Part shown: positions 32,538-38,227 of the stretch, one piece after another
Layout: every line of letters begins with the position of its first letter
Numbering within the stretch: the stretch's first letter is position 1
NCBI GenBank assembly: GCA_040879605.1
Contig: JBBDKB010000027.1
Span: 18,250-56,476, forward strand
Length of the DNA: 38,227 bases
Origin: Minisyncoccota bacterium
GTDB lineage: Bacteria; Patescibacteriota; Minisyncoccia; Phycocordibacterales; JBBDKB01
Direction: 5' to 3'
Translations under genes and position numbers: made by a program
The notes under the pieces: generated by a model
The model's input: only the letters and a program-made list of their open reading frames with translations
Databases searched by the model: none
What the model was told of the DNA's origin: nothing

Positions 32538-32772
32538 TCTTTTTTTAGGTATGGTGATGGCGAGGCGAGGTCGGGTTTCTCCTTGAGGGAGAAACCGGCG
32601 GAATTCAAATGCGGACTCGGTTTTGCCAAAACTATTTTCTGGGGATTTGGATTTGGCAAAACCTCTGCTCTGATTTCCTGCCCGCATTCATTCCCCCAGA
32701 CCCCCTTCTGCGGGCGGGATTCGCTTTGAATTTTGACCGACAGGGTTTATAAAAAGCGGAATTGGTGGTATG
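32538..32772 (+). repeat. Copy L of a ~235-nt structured leader element (sense to the downstream operon)
   Basis: It is ~95% identical to the reverse complement of 36538-36776. Helices are 32574-32582/32588-32596, 32601-32613/32722-32732, 32620-32630/32652-32662 and 32677-32685/32710-32718. It ends ...GCGGAATTGGTGGTATG, with the ATG at 32770. Confidence 0.85.
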
Positions 32773-32832
32773 TTGAATCGAATCTTGAACGATCGAAGAT
32801 TACGCTCTTTCACAACCAGAAAGGAGGACGCG

Positions 32833-33405
32833 ATGATTATTGCTCTCAGCGGGCCCTCCGGAATCGGCAAGGGCTTCATTAAGGAATGTCTACTGCAGAC
32901 TTATCCGCACATTCAGGAATTGGCATGGTTCACAACTCGTCCTCTGCGTTCAAATGAACAACAGGGCGGAAACAGAATCAATGTCTCGTTTCCCGAATTC
33001 GATCAGATGGCTGGGTTCGGCGAGCTTGTTTTGGTTCAAGACCTCTTTGGTCATCGCTATGGCCTCAGAAAAAAAGACTTACTCCCGAGTTCACACACAA
33101 AGTTAACCGAGTTACATCCGGATAATTTGCCGGAAGCGCTTGGAATAAACCCGGAGATTTTCGCTATCGGACTTGTGACTTTTGATCTTTCTCTGCTCCA
33201 TAAAAGACTTTCTATTGTGAGAAAAACGGAAAGTTCGGCAGAGATAAAAAAGAGAGTTGCGACAGCCAAAAGCGAGAGTGAAACAATCCTACAACGAAGG
33301 TCTTTGTTCACTTCAGTGATTGAAATTACTGAAGCCGGAGAATCTTCGGTGTTGGATAAGATACTTGCAGTTCTGAAACCACATCTAACCAAGAAAGGAG
33401 GGTAG
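32833..33405 (+). CDS. Guanylate-kinase-fold P-loop kinase with atypical GKG P-loop
   Basis: MIIALSGPSGIGKGF...WFTTRPLRSNEQQGGNRINVSFPEFDQM...GHRYGL follows the Gmk pattern GPSGxGK[ST]...TTRxxRxxE..G..Y.F. The start is chosen at ATG 32833 behind AAGGAGG (32821-32827). An in-frame ATG at 32770 is the last triplet of the leader element. Confidence 0.7.
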   Translation: MIIALSGPSGIGKGFIKECLLQTYPHIQELAWFTTRPLRSNEQQGGNRINVSFPEFDQMAGFGELVLVQDLFGHRYGLRKKDLLPSSHTKLTELHPDNLPEALGINPEIFAIGLVTFDLSLLHKRLSIVRKTESSAEIKKRVATAKSESETILQRRSLFTSVIEITEAGESSVLDKILAVLKPHLTKKGG

Positions 33406-33407
33406 TC

Positions 33408-34556
33408 ATGTCTCTCAAGACACAAGTCGGCCCACTGAAACTACAAACGCCGTTGTTGCTGGCTTCAGGGTACATTACCGAGACGCCAGAGTTCTTTCTA
33501 CGAGCCCTACCGTATGGCTGTTCGGGCATGGTCACCCGGTCGCTCAAACAACATGTTCCACCGGAACGTTCAAGGATTACCGTCCCGCGCTACGCAGTTT
33601 TTGGTCAGGACAATATGCTCAACTGCGAGTGGGGCAACGAAAATCCGTGGACAGATTGGCGAGATCACGGCATCCGCCAAGTCAAGGAAACAGGCTATCC
33701 CGTCATTATCTCGATCTCGGGACGAGATTTGGATAGCTGTTGTTATTTGATCCGTGCTTTTGACGAGATTGGTGTTGATGCTTATGAGATCAACATCTCC
33801 TGCTCCCATTCCGGGGCACTGCACGGGAATCTGAACGTTAATGCACTTCATCTGGAGCAGCTGATGAAAAAGGTGCGTGGTGTTACAACAACACCAATCT
33901 GGATCAAATTGTCGTACTCGAACTTGCTGTTCTCGATGGCAAGACGAGCGGAAGAACTGGGGGCCAATGCTATCGTCTGTACGAACAGCATAGGTCCTGG
34001 AATGTTGATCGACACCAAAACTGCCAAACCGAAACTTGGAATCAAGGGCGGTGGCGGTGGAGTAACGGGAAAAGCAATTTTCCCAATCGCTCTGTGGTGC
34101 GTACATCAGCTTTCGGAGACGCTTAGCATCCCAGTCGTCGGCTGTGGTGGAATTTTCACCGCTGACGATGTAGTCCAGATGCTTATGGCAGGTGCAAGTG
34201 CGGTTCAGATTTACACCGCGCCAGCACTTAAGGGTCCGAGGGTCTTCAGGCGGATCGCAACCGGCTTACAGAGGTTTCTCGATGAGAACCCGAAGTACAG
34301 TTCGATCAAAGATCTCATTGGACTCACGCTCGAAAAAACTGGCGAACACCAATTCTCGTCGCTTCGTCCGGTCGTGATTGAGGAGAGATGTACAGGTTGC
34401 GGAATCTGTATTCACTCCTGCGCATTCGATGCTCTTTCAATGGTTCGTCGAACAGACAAAAAACCACTCGCGGTTATTGCTGATAACTGCATTTCGTGCA
34501 ACGCATGCGTTGGAGTATGTCCTCTGAAGTTCGACGCGATCAAGGCGTCATTTTAG
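33408..34556 (+). CDS. Dihydroorotate/dihydropyrimidine dehydrogenase-family flavoprotein with C-terminal 2x[4Fe-4S] ferredoxin domain (PreA-like architecture)
   Basis: 382 aa. The TIM-barrel motifs are LLLASG, EINISCSHSG, GGGGGVTGKAIFPIAL and VGCGGI. The C-terminal cluster motifs are CTGCGICIHSC and CISCNACVGVCP. A strong SD (AAAGGAGGG) is present. Confidence 0.8.
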   Translation: MSLKTQVGPLKLQTPLLLASGYITETPEFFLRALPYGCSGMVTRSLKQHVPPERSRITVPRYAVFGQDNMLNCEWGNENPWTDWRDHGIRQVKETGYPVIISISGRDLDSCCYLIRAFDEIGVDAYEINISCSHSGALHGNLNVNALHLEQLMKKVRGVTTTPIWIKLSYSNLLFSMARRAEELGANAIVCTNSIGPGMLIDTKTAKPKLGIKGGGGGVTGKAIFPIALWCVHQLSETLSIPVVGCGGIFTADDVVQMLMAGASAVQIYTAPALKGPRVFRRIATGLQRFLDENPKYSSIKDLIGLTLEKTGEHQFSSLRPVVIEERCTGCGICIHSCAFDALSMVRRTDKKPLAVIADNCISCNACVGVCPLKFDAIKASF

Positions 34557-34565
34557 GAGGTTATC

Positions 34566-34811
34566 ATGGGAAAAACATACACAATCGCAGTGCATTGCGC
34601 TAAATGTACAACACAGCTCTACCGCTATAAAAAGGAGGGTGGAGGAACGCTCATAAAGTGTTACGCTGACATGATTGTGTCGGATTACACCAAAGGCGAT
34701 CTAAGATGCCATTCCTGTGGCCAGAAGTTTGCTCGACACGCCATCATCCACAACAGACCAGCACATAAGATTATCCGCGGGAAAGTCTTTGTGAGAGGTC
34801 ATCATGGATAA
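34566..34811 (+). CDS. Small zinc-ribbon protein (CxxC...CxxC)
   Basis: 81 aa. The motifs are CAKC...CHSC. An AGGAGG SD lies 5 nt upstream. Confidence 0.55.
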   Translation: MGKTYTIAVHCAKCTTQLYRYKKEGGGTLIKCYADMIVSDYTKGDLRCHSCGQKFARHAIIHNRPAHKIIRGKVFVRGHHG

Positions 34812-34824
34812 AAACAATCACAAA

Positions 34825-34862
34825 CGAGTGGCAGACTAAAACCCTGTCGCTCGTTTTTCTTT
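34825..34862. terminator. Intrinsic terminator between the convergent operons
   Basis: CGAGTGGCAG-actaaaacc-CTGTCGCTCG is a 10-bp stem with two G-U pairs, followed by TTTTTCTTTT. Confidence 0.6.
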
Positions 34863-34867
34863 TCACA

Positions 34868-35482
34868 CTACAAATTGAACCTATTTTTGAAATAATTTGA
34901 GGTATGGTTTTTGTACTCAAAAATTTCATTAGATTCTTTGTTAAGAGTATCTATATATTCAAAAAATTGTTGCTTATTAAATACCTCAAGACCAAGGCTT
35001 TTACAAACATCCGTTATTTCTTTAATTATTTTATCGGCGTCTTCATTTTCGTGCGCCATTTTCTCTGCTTCATAGTAATAACTATGTCCCGGTACTTCTA
35101 CGAGCGCGAATTCAATGTCCCTGTATTCATAGACTTTACTTTTTCTTACGCATAGCATTCCTTTACAGAATCCAAGTGCACCGAAAATCTCAACAAGGGT
35201 ATCGAACTCTCCCTCTTTTGTAAAAACTGAAAGTTCTTTTCTTTGCTCAGCCTCTCCCCATTCGCCAATTTTAACGATAATCTCAGGAATACCATTTGTT
35301 ACTCGCAATCGTATATCTTTATTCCTATTCTTAACGCCGCCTTCTAAAAAGGTTGAGTAATCAATCAAAACTCTATTTTTCTCTGTTATCTTTTTTGCTT
35401 TCGTTTCAAATAGATTAACTAAATCGCCAAATTTTTCTTTGGACAATGGGCCTCGTATTTCTATTTCAATATTTTTACTCAT
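34868..35482 (-). CDS. CYTH domain protein (CyaB/ThTPase-type triphosphate tunnel enzyme)
   Basis: 204 aa. The N-terminal EIEIRG is ExExK-like. RLRV, KELSVF, EFALVEVPG and YYYEAEK strands fit a CYTH tunnel. There is an ATGA overlap with the upstream TruD-like gene. Confidence 0.75.
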   Translation of the reverse strand: MSKNIEIEIRGPLSKEKFGDLVNLFETKAKKITEKNRVLIDYSTFLEGGVKNRNKDIRLRVTNGIPEIIVKIGEWGEAEQRKELSVFTKEGEFDTLVEIFGALGFCKGMLCVRKSKVYEYRDIEFALVEVPGHSYYYEAEKMAHENEDADKIIKEITDVCKSLGLEVFNKQQFFEYIDTLNKESNEIFEYKNHTSNYFKNRFNL

Positions 35483-36540
35483 AATTTACTAATTTTTAGA
35501 AAAATTTGTTTAATGATCATGGTGGCATAACTGCCGGTAGGCAGAAAAAACAAAATGGTTAGTTTTTTCTTGTTCTTGTGCAACTCGTCTTTTTCTAAGT
35601 TGTCAGCATATATTGTAGTCGCAACCACGACATTCCTGTTTTTAACTTTTCGTTTGGTTGTAAATTTCTCGTCCTTGAATTCATACCCGTTTACCTCACA
35701 AATATAAGGACACTGAAATGAGCGCGTTGTTGGCAAATACAAATCTCCAACATTTTCAAAATGAAATTTTTTGCTTTTAGTATTGTCTTTGATCAGTAAA
35801 GAAGTCCGATTATTCCAAAGAAAGCTATTATATGAAGAAACAAAGAAAGAAACTTTTTTGGGGTTGATTTTTTTAAAAACTTCTTTACAAGAAATAACAT
35901 TTTCCAATTTTGGGAAAAAGCTAGGCAGAATGTTGTTTGTAGCTTTCATATGACTATAGGCCTCTATCCAATCTCTTTTTACTATTGCCTCACCAATCAA
36001 GTAAGTATTGTAAGGTCCGCCCGGCATTCCAAATCTTTGATTGTCGTAATAATTTACGAACTGATGGTGTCTGTGAGTTGAAAGATAATCTAAAAGATTC
36101 TTCGCAACATTGCTTTCCAGATTTCTAACTACAATTCTAAACGAATTCCCGTGCAACATTCGCTCTTTTATTGGCTTATCTCCATAACCAATAACATGTT
36201 TGATTAGGGCGTACTGATTTCCTTCTCCATACTTTTTATTGAAAGCCGTAATATCCTTTTTACTCAAGATTTTTTTAACAGAAATAAGTTGTTCTGTAAT
36301 TGCATCCTCGTCCTTTAATCCTTGATTGGCAACATCTTCAAATTTGAGATTGAAAAATGACTTAATATAATCCAGGACATCAAAGGTCGTAAGTCCGGAT
36401 TTTTGAAGCCAAAAATACGTAAATTGAGAAGGTTTTTTAGATGCAAGAGGAGGCATTAAAGAAACCTCCGTCACCTGGAAGTCTTCGTTTTTACATTTTA
36501 TTTTGTACCCTTCAGGCTTGTTCATAATGTATAAGAACAT
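35479..36540 (-). CDS. TruD/Pus7-family pseudouridine synthase-like protein
   Basis: 353 aa. Motifs are EDFQVTEV, the catalytic-type GLKDEDAITEQ and NYYDNQRFG. The first ATG (36540) is the last triplet of leader copy R. An alternative ATG is at 36525. Confidence 0.8.
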   Translation of the reverse strand: MFLYIMNKPEGYKIKCKNEDFQVTEVSLMPPLASKKPSQFTYFWLQKSGLTTFDVLDYIKSFFNLKFEDVANQGLKDEDAITEQLISVKKILSKKDITAFNKKYGEGNQYALIKHVIGYGDKPIKERMLHGNSFRIVVRNLESNVAKNLLDYLSTHRHHQFVNYYDNQRFGMPGGPYNTYLIGEAIVKRDWIEAYSHMKATNNILPSFFPKLENVISCKEVFKKINPKKVSFFVSSYNSFLWNNRTSLLIKDNTKSKKFHFENVGDLYLPTTRSFQCPYICEVNGYEFKDEKFTTKRKVKNRNVVVATTIYADNLEKDELHKNKKKLTILFFLPTGSYATMIIKQIFLKISKL

Positions 36541-36776
36541 ACCACCAATTCCGCTTTTTATAAACCCTATCGGTCAAAATTCAAAGCGAATCCCGCCCGC
36601 ATTCATTCCCCAGACCCCTTTCTGCGGGCGGGAAACCAGAGCAGAGGTTTTGCCAAATCCAAATCCCCAGAAAAATAGTTTGGCAAAACCGAGTCCGCAT
36701 TTGAATTCCGCCAGTTTCTCCCCCCAAGGAGAAACCCGACCTCGCCTCGCCATCACCATACCGAAAAAAAGAAATC
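36538..36776 (-). repeat. Copy R of the ~235-nt structured leader element (sense to the TruD-like/CYTH operon)
   Basis: It is the reverse complement of copy L apart from a few substitutions or indels and an inverted 23-nt hairpin loop (36601-36623). Confidence 0.85.
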
Positions 36777-36936
36777 AGAATCGCGCGAAAACAAAATTTA
36801 TAGTGCGTGGTGGCGAGCGAGGGTAGATGCGACACAGCAGAAGCGAAGCCGAGCATATTCTTTGTGCTTGGCGGAGCGGAGGCTGTGGCGTGGCGGAATT
36901 CATTACCTCACGTGATTTTGGAAATAGGTTCTAGCT

Positions 36937-36945
36937 TGGTACAAT
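36937..36945 (+). promoter_or_regulatory. Extended -10 box (TGGTACAAT) with TTGGAA -35-like hexamer (36918-36923), 9 nt upstream of the M16 peptidase ATG
   Basis: The plus strand reads TTGGAA-16 nt-TACAAT-agagacact-ATG. Confidence 0.45.
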
Positions 36946-36954
36946 AGAGACACT

Positions 36955-38193
36955 ATGAGAGATCGCCAAATATTTGAAACAATAAGGTTGAAGAATGGCA
37001 TTACGGTACACCATTATCCAACCGACCAACCGTTCGCATTTTTTAACGTGAAAATACCAATTGGCAACGTGCATAACACCGGTGACATCCTCCCCGGTAC
37101 TGCACACTTTTTCGAACATCTCGCGTTACTACGTTCCGAACAATACCCGGAAAGAAGCGCTTTCCCGAGATGGGTGGGGCTTCACGGTGGCACCTTCAAT
37201 GCCGCCACCAATATTTTCGATACCGATTATACTATGGCTATTCCTGCTGAAAGGACAACTGAGGCGTGGAATGGATTTTATTCTCATATTTTTGAACCCG
37301 TTATCCTGCAGGAGGATTTGGAGCGTGAACGTGCAATTGTCTCAAACGAGCGTAAACAACGGCGGTGGTATCCGGGAATGACGGAACTTTCCCACTACCT
37401 TTGGGCTTTGTGGATACATGCTGAAGGCGTAAGTAAACGACAGTTATTCGGAGACGATGAAGACCTTGCGAAACTTTCAACCGAAGCGCTCTTAGATTTT
37501 CACGGGCACTATTTTACCCCCGATATCCACGTCCTTGTCGGTGGGACTCTCCAAGTCGAACAAATCATATCATCTCTCTCCGTGTTAAACCTCGCGACTC
37601 ACAAACATGCCGAAACGTATACTCCTTTCAACTGGGAGCGTAAAGAGTATCACGAATGTACCTTCTCCGACATTGATATGCCTATCTATTTCACGGGAGC
37701 GTATTATGCACTGCCTCCGTATGCGGAGCGCGTTGCGTTGCGTTTTCTTCTCGAATTTCTCACAAATATTCATCACGGCCCCCTATATCAATGGCTCCGC
37801 GATGAGAAAGGATGGGCGTATAGCGTGAGCTACGATGCCATCACATCAGGGAAAGATGAGGCGCTCATGTTGGAGATCCCTCTCCATGATATCTCGCAAG
37901 TGACGGCAGTTCGAAAGGAAATCGATGAGCGCATACAGGGGGCAATCTCAAACGAGTCGCTCCTCGCTGCTGAAGTGAAGCGTCAACTTGGTGCCGAAGT
38001 ATTCGACTTTCAAACTCTTGAAAATCTAGTGGAGGAAGCGGGTTATGATATCAGCTATTATGGACGTGTTGTTAGCGAAACTGAATACCGTGAGTATAAA
38101 AAGCGTTGCGCAAACGCTTCCTACTTGCACCTAATATATGAGAAGTATCTTTCTCCGTCTTTGCGTGGAGAATTTTGTGCACTACCTCAATAG
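36955..38193 (+). CDS. M16 (pitrilysin/insulinase) family zinc peptidase
   Basis: 412 aa. The inverted zinc motif is HFFEHLAL (HxxEH), with a downstream E (ERAIVSNE). Confidence 0.85.
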   Translation: MRDRQIFETIRLKNGITVHHYPTDQPFAFFNVKIPIGNVHNTGDILPGTAHFFEHLALLRSEQYPERSAFPRWVGLHGGTFNAATNIFDTDYTMAIPAERTTEAWNGFYSHIFEPVILQEDLERERAIVSNERKQRRWYPGMTELSHYLWALWIHAEGVSKRQLFGDDEDLAKLSTEALLDFHGHYFTPDIHVLVGGTLQVEQIISSLSVLNLATHKHAETYTPFNWERKEYHECTFSDIDMPIYFTGAYYALPPYAERVALRFLLEFLTNIHHGPLYQWLRDEKGWAYSVSYDAITSGKDEALMLEIPLHDISQVTAVRKEIDERIQGAISNESLLAAEVKRQLGAEVFDFQTLENLVEEAGYDISYYGRVVSETEYREYKKRCANASYLHLIYEKYLSPSLRGEFCALPQ

Positions 38194-38199
38194 AGCGGC

Positions 38200-38227
38200 G
38201 GGGGGGGGGGGGGGGGGGGGGGGGGGG
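38200..38227. other. Terminal homopolymer G run (probable sequencing/assembly artefact)
   Basis: There are 28 consecutive G at the very end of the window, immediately after the last CDS. Confidence 0.7.

Noticed and set aside
32526-32729. ORFs running through the two leader copies: 32526-32729 plus, 32381-32659 minus, 32688-32879 minus, 36503-36826 plus, 36574-36759 minus and 36581-36856 minus. Some share peptide strings such as FFRYGDGEARSGFSL and AEFKCGLGFAK.
   Set aside because: The shared peptides only reflect the nucleotide repeat. Single-nucleotide indels between the two copies shift the frames, so no single reading frame is preserved across both copies. No SD or start context is present, and the sequence is dominated by hairpins.
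32755-32775. The 3' end of the 235-nt leader (GAAUUGGUGGUAUG) resembles the T-box core AAUUAGGGUGGUACC.
   Set aside because: The match stops before the ACCGCG part. No antiterminator or sequestrator helix can be drawn, and the sequence downstream of the ATG differs completely between the two copies. It is regarded as coincidental.
32538-36776. A composite-transposon interpretation, with the two 235-nt inverted repeats acting as IS-like ends flanking cargo.
   Set aside because: No transposase or integrase ORF is present. No direct target-site duplication occurs at the outer ends. The repeats end precisely at start codons facing inward, which fits leaders or promoters better. This is not fully excluded, and homologue context would decide it.
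38200-38227. A 28-nt poly-G tail at the end of the window.
   Set aside because: It lies at the extreme contig end immediately after a stop codon. Homopolymer G runs of this kind are a known artefact of two-colour sequencing chemistry and assembly ends. No biological feature is proposed.
1-38227. A scan for CRISPR arrays, rRNA genes, additional tRNAs, transposases, integrases and known defence-system genes.
   Set aside because: There are no regularly spaced direct repeats. No rRNA-like conserved blocks were seen. The only T-loop/acceptor pattern found is the tRNA-Lys at 24489-24561. No DDE, serine or tyrosine recombinase motifs were recognised in any ORF.

Overview
The window reads as a chromosomal segment of a compact, moderately AT-rich bacterium. 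Gene content and style resemble reduced Patescibacteria/CPR-type genomes, but that is inference only.

**Gene content, in order:**
- A type IV secretion-like/pilus-like operon with a VirB4-type ATPase (399-6634).
- The classical origin neighbourhood, rpmH-rnpA-yidC-jag divergent from dnaA-dnaN. rpmH was found by hand because it is below the ORF-track cutoff.
- PBP1A, tyrS, a yebC-ruvC operon, ruvB, a PilB/GspE ATPase, tsaE-polA, holA, and tRNA-Lys(UUU) abutted by a free-standing LAGLIDADG endonuclease.
- DoxX, TrmH/SpoU, a Mur ligase, ruvA, rpsT, two hydrolases and an M16 peptidase.

**Most unusual material, all non-coding:**
1. A ~235-nt, ~95% identical structured element occurs twice in inverted orientation (32538-32772 and 36538-36776). 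Each copy ends exactly at the ATG of an inward-facing operon of nucleotide- or uracil-centred enzymes: a guanylate-kinase-like protein, a PreA/DHOD-like Fe-S flavoprotein and a Zn-ribbon protein on one side, and TruD-like plus CYTH on the other. Its GC-rich hairpin loop is flipped between the two copies.
2. A T-box-type leader on the minus strand (32258-32494) has a canonical antiterminator/terminator pair. It sits in front of a GNAT-like gene.
3. Two tandem structured elements lie upstream of yebC (16420-16845). Each carries its own diverged copy of the first ~9 yebC codons.
4. A 141-nt element (18006-18146) is closed by 25-nt inverted arms and contains GNRA and UUCG loops.
5. A GC-rich structured spacer sits inside the secretion operon (1065-1355).

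Many operon-first genes have a -10 box only 6-9 nt from the ATG, which suggests leaderless mRNAs. No CRISPR array, rRNA gene or recognisable transposase is visible. The terminal poly-G run is most likely a sequencing or assembly artefact.
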